Under the pieces are notes generated by a model. That model had not been told where the DNA came from. It saw nothing but the letters and a program-made list of their open reading frames with translations, and searched no databases. 64,000 bases of DNA from an uncultured Verrucomicrobiae bacterium (GTDB taxonomy: Bacteria > Verrucomicrobiota > Verrucomicrobiia > Chthoniobacterales > Chthoniobacteraceae). The stretch spans positions 460,585 to 524,584 of the forward strand of contig CAVYKI010000010.1 of the NCBI GenBank assembly GCA_963769025.1, written 5' to 3'. Shown piece by piece: positions 52,267-60,960 of this stretch. Position numbers and translations under genes: made by a program. The first letter of the stretch is position 1. Every line of letters starts with the position of its first letter.

Positions 52267-52636
52267 TGGACTGCGGCAGCTCGCTGCCGCTTTGGAGGGC
52301 GAGCCTCGGCGAGCGCGGGGGATCGGAGGGGAATCCGGTGATGGAAGTTCCGCAGGGCTTCCTCGGCAAGCCTCGGAAACAAAAGCGGCAGCCTTGGACT
52401 GCGGCAGCTCGCTGCCGCTTTGGAAGGCGAGCCTCGGCGAGCGCGGGGGATCGGAGGGGAATCCGGTGATGGAAGTTCCGCAGGGCTTCCTCGGCAAGCC
52501 TCGGAAACAAAAGCGGCAGCCTTGGACTGAGGCAGCTCGCTGCCGCTTTGGAAGGCGAGCCTCGGCGAGCGCGGGGGATCGGAGATTTCCTCGGCAAGCC
52601 TCGGAAACAAAAGCGGCAGCGAGCTGCCGCAGTCCA
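52267..52636. repeat. REPIN cluster 1 (3 units, 128-bp period)
   Basis: TGGACTGCGGCAGCTCGCTGCCGCTTT arms at 52267, 52395, 52523, closed by AAAGCGGCAGCGAGCTGCCGCAGTCCA. Confidence 0.92.
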
Positions 52637-52659
52637 GGGGGGGAGGCCGGGCAACGCGC

Positions 52660-53235
52660 CTACACGTCGCCGTCGCCGTCGGCTTCGGCGATTTTGTCGA
52701 ACCTGAAGCTGTAGATCGTCTTCACCCACGCGGGCGTGCATGCGCGCTCGAATGCGGCGGCGGAACACCATTCGTATTGGGCCGCCAGCGGAACGAGGCC
52801 GTGGTGGGCGGGATTGTTGTGCGTGTAGCTGAGCCGCGAGAGATACGATTCCTCATGGGTGAGGCGGGTCTCGCGGTAGTTTTGCCAGATGCGCCGCCCC
52901 TCGGTGCCATCCAGCCGGTTGATGTGCCGGGTGATGTCCCCGTGCAGGTGCTTCAGGAATGTCCGGAGCGACCCGGCCGAGGTCGCGCCTTCGGGACTAT
53001 GCGCGATGAAGTGATAGTGATTCGGGAGGACGGCCCATGCTTCCATTCGCCAGCGATAGTGTGCGGAGAGTTCCAGCAAATGATCACGCACCCACGTCAG
53101 GCGTTCGGGTGTGTGAAAATGGCGGATCTTTTCGCGGGTTCGCGCCGTGACGAAATACGAACCCGATTCCCCGAGCCGATGTGGCGGTGCGTGGGGCCAA
53201 TCCCGCGTGCCCTTGCCAGCGGAGTCCTGTGTCAT
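52660..53235 (-). mobile_element. REP-associated tyrosine transposase (RAYT/TnpA-REP, Y1 HUH family)
   Basis: YFVT, WAVLPNHYH (HUH), IWQ, catalytic YTHNNP, YEWCS; REPINs on both sides. Confidence 0.9.
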
Positions 53236-53286
53236 CCGGCCGACGCTGGCGGGCACTCGCCCGGCGGTCAACGAAGGAGTGCGCCC

Positions 53287-53393
53287 TGGACTGCGGCAGC
53301 TCGCTGCCGCTTTTCCTTCCGAAGCTTGCTGAGGAAGCCCCCCGCACTCGCCGAGGCTCGCCCTCCAAAGCGGCAGCGAGCTGCCGCAGTCCA
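53287..53393. repeat. REPIN cluster 2 (1 unit, inverted relative to the others)
   Basis: Reverse complement matches the unit consensus. Confidence 0.92.
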
Positions 53394-53409
53394 GGGACGC
53401 CGCTCCCAT

Positions 53410-54573
53410 TCACGACACGTTCTTTCCCGTCGGCTGGATCGTCCGGATCAGCGCCTCGGCCGCCTGGGTGACTTCGAAACGCGACCGGAAGCTGCGCTCG
53501 GCGACCGGCTTCATCGCCTCCCTTTGCGCGGCGGGCATCGCGAGCCAGCGCCGGAGGAGCCGCACGGTGCCCGGTTCGTCGTCGTCGTCCACGAGCCCGG
53601 CGCCATCGGCCTCGATCTCGCGCCAGATGTTCACCTTGTTGGAAATGAGCACGGGCGTCCCGCAGGCGAGAGCCTCGGCGACGGCGATGCCGAAATTTTC
53701 CTGGTGCGACGGGAGGATGAACACCTCGGCCAGGCGCAGAAGTCCCCACTTCAGATCGCCGGCGACCATGCCGGTCCACACGATGCGGCCGGCAATGCCG
53801 AGGCCGGCTGCGAGCGCGCGGAGTTCATCCGCCCATCCGGTCTGATCCGGTCCGGCGAAGACGAGGCGGATGCCGTCATCGGCCGCCGCCGTTTTTGCGA
53901 AGGCGCGCAGGAGCAGGTCGCAGCCTTTCTTTTCGTGGATACGGCCGAGGTAGAGAAAGACGCGCCGGCCTTCGAGCTCCGGGAACTTTGCGAGCACGGC
54001 GCTGCGCTGGAGGGCGGCGTCCGCGTCCGGACCGGCGATGCCGTAGTTCACGACGACTTCGTTGCAGCGGTAGAGCCAGAATGATTCGCGGGCCGCGCGC
54101 CTTTCCTCCTCGGAGGTGAAGAGCACCGCGCGCGCATCGCGCAGCACGCGGTAGTCGGCCCACGGCCAGTAGAGCCATTTTTTCAGGTGCTTGAGCGGGT
54201 AGGCGCGCTTGAACCACGGGTCGAGCATCCCGTGGGGAAAAACGAAATACGGCGTGTCCGTCCCGCGGAGCGCGCGCCACGTGCCGAAGCCGCTGTATTG
54301 CCAGAGCCCGCTCACGATCACCGCGTCGTACTCCTTGCGGTGCGCCGCGATCCACGGGGAAAATTGGCGCGAGTATCCGTAGCTCGATTTCACCGGGCCG
54401 AGGGCGTGGACCTTCACCGGGCATTCCCGCACCCACGGGTCCGCGGGATCATCCAGCGAGACGAGTTCGGTCCCGTGGCCCGCGGCGGCGTGGACTTTTG
54501 CGACCTGCCTGATCCCCTCGATCGGCCCGCCCCCGGCGGGGTTCACGGAGCGGATGGAACGGAGGATGCGCAT
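53410..54573 (-). CDS. GT4 glycosyltransferase
   Basis: GGGP, FPHGMLDPW, LGRIHEKKG, ENFGIAVAEALACG. Confidence 0.9.
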   Translation of the reverse strand: MRILRSIRSVNPAGGGPIEGIRQVAKVHAAAGHGTELVSLDDPADPWVRECPVKVHALGPVKSSYGYSRQFSPWIAAHRKEYDAVIVSGLWQYSGFGTWRALRGTDTPYFVFPHGMLDPWFKRAYPLKHLKKWLYWPWADYRVLRDARAVLFTSEEERRAARESFWLYRCNEVVVNYGIAGPDADAALQRSAVLAKFPELEGRRVFLYLGRIHEKKGCDLLLRAFAKTAAADDGIRLVFAGPDQTGWADELRALAAGLGIAGRIVWTGMVAGDLKWGLLRLAEVFILPSHQENFGIAVAEALACGTPVLISNKVNIWREIEADGAGLVDDDDEPGTVRLLRRWLAMPAAQREAMKPVAERSFRSRFEVTQAAEALIRTIQPTGKNVS

Positions 54574-54660
54574 GGGTGCGGTGGGGACGGTGGGAGAAGA
54601 GCGCGGAACCATTGTGAGTCGGACGGCTGTATTCAAGCTTCGCAAGGGAAAGCGGCGCCA

Positions 54661-54860
54661 TGGACTGCGGCAGCTCGCTGCCGCTTTGGGGCGCGAGCCT
54701 TGGCGAGCGGGGGCGCGTGGAAATTCCTCGGCAAGCCTCGGAAACGAAAGCGGCAGCGAGCTGCCGCAGTCCAGGGAGGGCGAGCCTTGGCGAGCGGGGG
54801 CGCGTGGAAATTCCTCGGCAAGCCTCGGAAACGAAAGCGGCAGCGAGCTGCCGCAGTCCA
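54661..54860. repeat. REPIN cluster 3 (2 units)
   Basis: Same arms; central segment GGGGGCGCGTGGAAA duplicated. Confidence 0.92.
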
Positions 54861-54880
54861 GGGAGGGCGGGCCTCGCCGG

Positions 54881-56701
54881 CTATGTCGCGTGCGCGAGCG
54901 CCGCGGCGTGAACGCCTGCATATACCGTCTGCTTCTTCAGGTAATGTCCGAGCACGACGAGGGACCAGATCCGCGTCCAGTGAAGCTTGCCGTCGAGGAA
55001 CTGCTTCCGGATCCGCGGGATCGTCCCGGGCGCGAGCACGGCGAGCCGTTCCACCTCCGCGAGTCCGGCGTCCGAGAAAGTCTCGAGCGGCCCGCGCATC
55101 CAGAGATCCATGGGCAGGACAAATCCCATCTTCCGACGGTTGTAAACGTTCTCGGGAAGCAGATCCCGGCAGGCTGCCACGAGCAGGCCCTTGCTGCCCG
55201 GGTGGCGGGTCTTCTCACGCGCCGGCAGGCTCAGGACGTATTCGACGAGATCCCGATCCAGGAAAGGCACGCGCAACTCCAGCGACACGGCCATGCTCAT
55301 CTGGTCGGAATCGCGCAGGAGCATCTGCCGCATGTACACGGCGATTTCCGCCCAGCTGATCCGCGCGAATCCATCCGCGAGCTTCGGCGGCGTTTCGGTC
55401 TGCAGCGGGCTCAGCGGCAGGCCCGCTTCGCGCAACATCTCATCGCTCCAAAGCCTGCGCCGCCAGATCGCGATGGCGGTCAGATCCCCGTGGGGCAGGT
55501 CCGCGAGGCGCGCCCCGAGTTTGCCGAATGGCGCGCCCAGCCTTCGGATTCCCTTCGGGATGGCCGCAAGGAGCCGCAGGCGCGGCGCGTCGTGGAAACT
55601 CGGGTAGCCGCCGAACAATTCGTCCGCGCCGAGGCCGGACATGGCCACCTTGATGCCGTGCTGCGCCACCTTCTTCGACACGATGTAGGTGTTGATGGCA
55701 TCGACCGAGGGCGCATCCATTTTGCCGACCGCCTCCTGCACCAGCACGATCGCCTCCTCGTCCTTCACCTCGATCCGCGTGTGCTCGGTGCCGTAGCGCC
55801 GCGCGACCTCCGCGGCCACCGAGGTTTCATCAAATTCCTGATGCGGAAAACCCACGGAAAATGTGCGCAGCCGGCCCTTGCCCATGGCCCGCGAGGCGAT
55901 GGCGGTGATGATGGAGGAATCGATGCCGCCGCTGAGAAACGACGCGACCGGAACGTCGGCCATGAGGTGCGAGGCGACGGCCTGCTCCACCAGCTTGCGG
56001 ACATGCGCGGGCGCGGCGGTCGCCGGGATGGCTGGAAGCTTATGCGCCGGCCAGTAGCGCTCCGTCTCGACGGTGCCGTCGGCGGCGACCGTCATCCAGT
56101 GGCCTGCTCCGAGCATCCTGACCTTTGGGAAAATGAACTCCGTCTCCGGGCATGAGCCCCATTGCAGAAACGAGCTGATGCCCTTTGCATCACACTCCCG
56201 CTGCGTCCCCGCGACCAGGGCGCGCATTTCCGATGCAAACCGCATCCCGTCTTCGGACGACTCATGGTAGAGCGGTTTGATTCCCAGCGGTCCGCGCGCG
56301 ACGAAAAGGCCGTTTTTCGCAGCATCATAAATGACGAAGGCAAACATGCCCTTGGCACGCCTCACCACCTCCGGGCCCCACACCCGGTAACCGTTGAGCA
56401 GCGTCTCGGTATCGGAGGTGCCCTTCCATTGGATTTCCGATCTCCGCATCTCCGCGCGCAGTTGCTGGTGATTGTAGATCTCGCCGTTGAAGACGATCAC
56501 GTTGCCCGTTTCCTCGTCGTGCATCGGCTGCGCGCCCGTCGGTGAGAGATCGACAATCGCGAGCCGCGTGTGGCCGAGCCAGATGCGCCCGTCCGGGGAA
56601 GTCCATTCGCCCGAGCCGTCGGGGCCACGGTGCCTCAGATGCTCAAGCCCCAGCGCACGCGCCGGACCCGATTTGCTCATGACTGCTGCGATGCCGCACA
56701 T
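54881..56701 (-). CDS. asnB: Asparagine synthase (glutamine-hydrolysing) family amidotransferase
   Basis: MCGI, HRGPD, HTRLAIVD, FNGEIYN, LSGGIDSS, SGLGADELFGGY, ELRVPFLD. Confidence 0.93.
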   Translation of the reverse strand: MCGIAAVMSKSGPARALGLEHLRHRGPDGSGEWTSPDGRIWLGHTRLAIVDLSPTGAQPMHDEETGNVIVFNGEIYNHQQLRAEMRRSEIQWKGTSDTETLLNGYRVWGPEVVRRAKGMFAFVIYDAAKNGLFVARGPLGIKPLYHESSEDGMRFASEMRALVAGTQRECDAKGISSFLQWGSCPETEFIFPKVRMLGAGHWMTVAADGTVETERYWPAHKLPAIPATAAPAHVRKLVEQAVASHLMADVPVASFLSGGIDSSIITAIASRAMGKGRLRTFSVGFPHQEFDETSVAAEVARRYGTEHTRIEVKDEEAIVLVQEAVGKMDAPSVDAINTYIVSKKVAQHGIKVAMSGLGADELFGGYPSFHDAPRLRLLAAIPKGIRRLGAPFGKLGARLADLPHGDLTAIAIWRRRLWSDEMLREAGLPLSPLQTETPPKLADGFARISWAEIAVYMRQMLLRDSDQMSMAVSLELRVPFLDRDLVEYVLSLPAREKTRHPGSKGLLVAACRDLLPENVYNRRKMGFVLPMDLWMRGPLETFSDAGLAEVERLAVLAPGTIPRIRKQFLDGKLHWTRIWSLVVLGHYLKKQTVYAGVHAAALAHAT

Positions 56702-56829
56702 TCAGTCGAATCGTTTACGCCGAACCGCTCCCGCTGAAAGGAGGAAGATGGGCTTGCCGGTGACAGTTGTGTAACGGCGCAGGCGAAGGCCGGCGGCAGC
56801 CGCCGTGAAGGGCCGACCGGAGGCCCCCT

Positions 56830-57057
56830 TGGACTGCGGCAGCTCGCTGCCGCTTTGGAGGGCGAGCCTCGGCGAGCGCGGGGGCGCGGAAAATTCCCCG
56901 GCAAGCCCCGGAAGGAAAAGCGGGAGCCTTGGACTGCGGCAGCTCGCTGCCGCTTTGGAAGGCGAGCCTTGGCGAGCGTGGGGGCTTGCCGCGCAGGGCG
57001 GTACGATTTCCTCGGCAAGCCTCGGAAAGAAAAGCGGCAGCGAGCTGCCGCAGTCCA
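56830..57057. repeat. REPIN cluster 4 (2 units)
   Basis: Arms at 56830 and 56930, closing arm ends 57057. Confidence 0.92.
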
Positions 57058-57083
57058 GGGACGAGACGCTTTTCAACAGGAAG

Positions 57084-57755
57084 CTACCCGACATGGCCGG
57101 TGGCGCGTTTGAAATACTCGCAGTCCTTCGACAGCACCCGGATCGGCCGCGAGGGGACGCCGCCGTAGAGCGTGTACTCGTCCACATACGCATGGGTCAG
57201 CAGCGACTTGGCGCCGAGGACGGAATAATTCGGAAGCGAGCTGCCGCCCAGCAGCACGCAGTCGGTGCCGACAAAGCAGTAGTCGCCGATGGTGACCGGC
57301 ATGGAGGACTGGCGGCCCTTTTCGATGTCGATGCTGTGCGCCAGGATCTGCGAGCGGAATCCCGCGAAGGTGCTGAAACGCCCGATGCTGACGCGGTTGG
57401 TGCAGTCCACGATGTGCCGGTTTGTGATCGCCGAATGCTCGCCCAGGACCAATTCCGCGCGCCGGTCCGACTGGTGGAAGAAGTAGTCCGGCGAGTTCGT
57501 GGGAAAGCCGGTGATCCAGTTGCCCCGGCCGATCGAGGAGTGGGACTTCATGTGCACGAGGTCGAGATGCACGCACACCGTCAGGTGCCCGATGATGGTC
57601 TTTTCCTCCATGATGAGGTGCCGCGGGAACACGAAGCAGAACCCCATGCGCGCCGTCCTGTGAATGTCATAGCCGTAGAATGCCTTCAGCGCCCGCCGGC
57701 GCAGCGGCCACGGCAGGATGCAGACCAATGCACGGAGTAAAAAACCAAGGCTCAT
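57084..57755 (-). CDS. Hexapeptide-repeat acyltransferase
   Basis: VTIGDYCFVG, VLGAKS, LYGGVPS; ATGA overlap with upstream GT9 stop. Confidence 0.85.
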   Translation of the reverse strand: MSLGFLLRALVCILPWPLRRRALKAFYGYDIHRTARMGFCFVFPRHLIMEEKTIIGHLTVCVHLDLVHMKSHSSIGRGNWITGFPTNSPDYFFHQSDRRAELVLGEHSAITNRHIVDCTNRVSIGRFSTFAGFRSQILAHSIDIEKGRQSSMPVTIGDYCFVGTDCVLLGGSSLPNYSVLGAKSLLTHAYVDEYTLYGGVPSRPIRVLSKDCEYFKRATGHVG

Positions 57756-58864
57756 GATTGCGACGGAGATGCCGCGGCTGCGGGGACTCCGCGTGCGGCG
57801 AGTTGTTGCAGCACGGCGGCGCAAACCTCGTCAACGGTAATGGAGAGGATGCACACCTTTTTCTTCTCGATGCACTCCAGCAACTGGCATCCCCAGCATG
57901 GCGTCTGGTGGTAGAAAATCGTGTGCTGGTCCCCGCGGGGAAACCACTCGCCGGGCTTGTTCCGCGCCGAGAAAATCGCGACGCACGGCACGCCCATCGT
58001 GGCCGCGAGATGCATGGGCCCGCTGTCATGGCAGACCATCACGGACGCGTTGCGGAGCACGGCCGCGCTCACCCGCGGCGAGGTCACGCCGCAGAGGTTG
58101 GCCTTCGGGCCGCGCCACAGCGCCAGCATCCGCTCCGAGCGTGCCCTTTCCTCCGCCACACCGAAAAGGACCAGCGGCAACGTGGGATGTGCGGCGGCGA
58201 GGCGCCGTGTCAGTTCCATCCAGTTCGGCTCCTCCCAGTCCTTCGACTGCCCCTTCGTGCCGACGCTCGCGGCGAGAAACGGCGCGGCGACCCCGTGCTT
58301 CGCGAGCACGGCATCCGCCTCCGCAATCTCCCCGGGCGTAAGACGCATGTCCCACCATTGCGGATCCTTCAGGTCCGCCGTGCCGAGGCTCTCCAGCGAC
58401 TCCATGGTGCGCACGGTCTCGGCCTTGTGGAGCGTCGTCCCGGGAAGCGGCTCGCAGCGCAGCGCCCGCCGGGACATGGGGACGCCGATGATCCTGCGAA
58501 TGCCGCAGCACCGGAAGAACAGGTAATCCCGGATGCTCGCGAGCAGGCCGCCCTTGGGCTTTGCGAGATACATGAGCCCGTCGTAGCGCCCCGCCTTCAA
58601 CTGCTTCCTCAGCCTCCATAGCGCGCGCACATCGCGCATCGATGCAGGATAGCTCAGCGTGTCATCGTAGAGACCGGTGTTCCGGAGGATGCCCTCCATC
58701 GGCGCCGCCTTGGAGTTGATTGGGAAATTCGTGAGCAAGGTCAGATGCGCATCCGGGAACGCCTGCCGGACGAGGTGGAATGCCGGCAAGACCACCAGGG
58801 CGTCCCCGAGGCTCCCGACCCGGTAAACGATGATGCGTTTCATCCTCCGGTCAGGGGCGGTCAT
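57752..58864 (-). CDS. GT9 glycosyltransferase
   Basis: YRVGSLGDAL, CHDSGPMHLAATMG; start 58864 or 58843. Confidence 0.88.
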   Translation of the reverse strand: MTAPDRRMKRIIVYRVGSLGDALVVLPAFHLVRQAFPDAHLTLLTNFPINSKAAPMEGILRNTGLYDDTLSYPASMRDVRALWRLRKQLKAGRYDGLMYLAKPKGGLLASIRDYLFFRCCGIRRIIGVPMSRRALRCEPLPGTTLHKAETVRTMESLESLGTADLKDPQWWDMRLTPGEIAEADAVLAKHGVAAPFLAASVGTKGQSKDWEEPNWMELTRRLAAAHPTLPLVLFGVAEERARSERMLALWRGPKANLCGVTSPRVSAAVLRNASVMVCHDSGPMHLAATMGVPCVAIFSARNKPGEWFPRGDQHTIFYHQTPCWGCQLLECIEKKKVCILSITVDEVCAAVLQQLAARGVPAAAASPSQS

Positions 58865-58869
58865 ATCCC

Positions 58870-59271
58870 TGGACTGCGGCAGCTCGCTGCCGCTCTGGAG
58901 GGCGAGCCTCGGCGAGCGCGGAGCGGGGTGGGAATTTCCTCGGCAAGCCTCGGAACCAAAAGCGGCAGCCTTGGACTGCGGCAGCTCGCTGCCGCTCTGG
59001 AGGGCGAGCCTCGGCGAGCGCGGAGCGGGGTGGGAATTTCCTCGGCAAGCCTCGGAACCAAAAGCGGCAGCAAGCTGCCGCAGTCCCGGGAGGGCGAGCC
59101 TCGGCGAGCGCGGAGAGATTTCCTCGGCAAGCCTCGAAACTAAAAGCGGCAGCCTTGGACTGCGGCAGCTCGCTGCCGCTCTGGAGGGCGAGCCTCGGCG
59201 AGCGTGGAGCGGGGTGAGGATTTCCTCGGCAAGCCTCGGAACCAAAAGCGGCAGCAAGCTGCCGCAGTCCA
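58870..59271. repeat. REPIN cluster 5 (4 units)
   Basis: Arms at 58870, 58972, 59156; closing arms near 59087 and 59271. Confidence 0.92.
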
Positions 59272-59287
59272 AGGACGGACGAACTGC

Positions 59288-60766
59288 TCATGTCGTCCGT
59301 TTCGAGGAGTGAAGCTGCTCCGCATACGCGGATCGCCCGCGGAGCTTGGGAACCACCCGCGACTCCGCCTCAATCAACGGGCTCAGCCCATCATCTTCCT
59401 CCTCTTCCTTCGCCGCCGCGAGACAGAGCCCCGCGCCGAAGGCGGCCCACCCGAGCGTCGCCGCCGCACCGAGTTGGCCGTTCAGCACGAGGGTGGCGCA
59501 CATGCCGAACAGCAGCATCGCGAGCGGCTCCCCACGACGCAGGGCCGCCAGCGCCTTTCGGAAAAGAAACCACACCAGCAGGATTCGGAAGAAAATGAAC
59601 GCCAGTCCGAGCACAGGCCCGACCTCGCTGAGGATTCGCTCCCACTCCCCTTCCGCGAGAATGAACACCCTCTCCCCCGTCAGCAAACCCGCGCCCACGT
59701 TGGTCCCGACCCCCAGACCCTTGCCAAGGATTCCATGAGTGCCCAACGTTTCGAAGGCGCCGGTCACGCTCCCGAGGGCGCGATCGATCACTCCCGCCTT
59801 GATTCCTTCCGCTGCCTCGAAACGCTGGCCCAGCACCATGACGCCCTGCCTGAGGGTCCGCGAGGTCGAGAATGCGAGCACCATGATGACCCCCGCGAAC
59901 GCCAGCCACATCGAGCCCTTGAAAAACTTCGGCTGAATCCACACGCAAAAGGCGCCGGCGATGCCGATCAACACCACGGAAAGCGTCGTCGTGCGACTCG
60001 ATGAGAGCATCGCGCTCCCGGCCACGGCCAGCGACGCGGCCATCGCCAGATACTTCCCGTACACCTTTCCGCGCAGAAAGTGATTCACTAGGAACGCGGC
60101 CGCCAGACTGAGAAAGGTCGCAAGGCCCGTGTTGTAGGAAAAGAGACCGGCCGCGCGCACTTTCTCCACGTCGCCGACGGCGACCCCTGCGAGCATCTGC
60201 CCGCCCGCGCCCTCGCCCGTGCCCTTGTTCACCCATGCCTCCGGTCCCGCGCCAAACTGTGCCGCGACCAGCGCGGCCATTGGCAAAGAAATGACAAGCA
60301 GCCATTTCCCCATCTTCTTCAAATCCTCGCGGCCGAGCGCATCCGCCATCAGGAAGATGAACGGGAAGTAGAGAAAATTCGTCCTCGCGCCGTACGCCGC
60401 GACGAGGAAATTGCCGCGGGTCAGCCCCGCCATGAAACACGCGACCGCAACCGCGAAGGTCACGAAGCCCAGAACAATGATGAAGGTGACAAAGCCGCTG
60501 CGCGGGAACCGGGCCTCCTTCAGCGCGAGGAGATAGGCCATCACCACCACGGGATCCTTCACGACAATCAGCGCATTCGCCAGGCCGGGAACCACCCATT
60601 TGCGGAGCGCACCCTCGATGATCAGCAGCCAGAAAAAGATCCAGATGCACGTCCTCACGCCGCGGTATTTCTCGCGCGCGGTATCGACGCCGGCAAAACT
60701 CCCCGCCGGAATGCCCGGCGGCAAGGCGTGCGCCTGCATCGGGAATTTGGGTGTGGCCGGGTCCAT
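59288..60766 (-). CDS. Polytopic membrane protein, putative Wzy polymerase/O-antigen-ligase-like
   Basis: About 11-12 TMs, EGALRKW, RAAGLFS, SSSRT, GKGLG; glycan locus context. Confidence 0.7.
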   Translation of the reverse strand: MDPATPKFPMQAHALPPGIPAGSFAGVDTAREKYRGVRTCIWIFFWLLIIEGALRKWVVPGLANALIVVKDPVVVMAYLLALKEARFPRSGFVTFIIVLGFVTFAVAVACFMAGLTRGNFLVAAYGARTNFLYFPFIFLMADALGREDLKKMGKWLLVISLPMAALVAAQFGAGPEAWVNKGTGEGAGGQMLAGVAVGDVEKVRAAGLFSYNTGLATFLSLAAAFLVNHFLRGKVYGKYLAMAASLAVAGSAMLSSSRTTTLSVVLIGIAGAFCVWIQPKFFKGSMWLAFAGVIMVLAFSTSRTLRQGVMVLGQRFEAAEGIKAGVIDRALGSVTGAFETLGTHGILGKGLGVGTNVGAGLLTGERVFILAEGEWERILSEVGPVLGLAFIFFRILLVWFLFRKALAALRRGEPLAMLLFGMCATLVLNGQLGAAATLGWAAFGAGLCLAAAKEEEEDDGLSPLIEAESRVVPKLRGRSAYAEQLHSSKRTT

Positions 60767-60837
60767 GAGCGGCTTAAAGCACAATCGGGTCCAAAGTCGA
60801 GCGGTCTGACGGTGGGACGGTGGGACGGCGGGGCCCT

Positions 60838-60953
60838 TGGACTGCGGCAGCTTGCTGCCGCTTTGGAGGGCGAGCCTCGGCGAGCGCGGGGGGAATGGGG
60901 AATTTCCCCGGCAAGCCTCGGAACCAAAAGCGGCAGCGAGCTGCCGCAGTCCA
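60838..60953. repeat. REPIN cluster 6 (1 unit)
   Basis: Complete arm-body-arm unit. Confidence 0.92.
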
Positions 60954-60960
60954 GGGCGCG

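Noticed and set aside
52660..53235. IS200/IS605 insertion sequence
   Set aside because: No tnpB; flanked by a multicopy REP family; motifs fit RAYT better
52267..59271. Tandem palindromic repeats as a CRISPR array
   Set aside because: Intervening segments repeat within clusters, arms occur in inverted pairs, there are no cas genes, and a RAYT is adjacent
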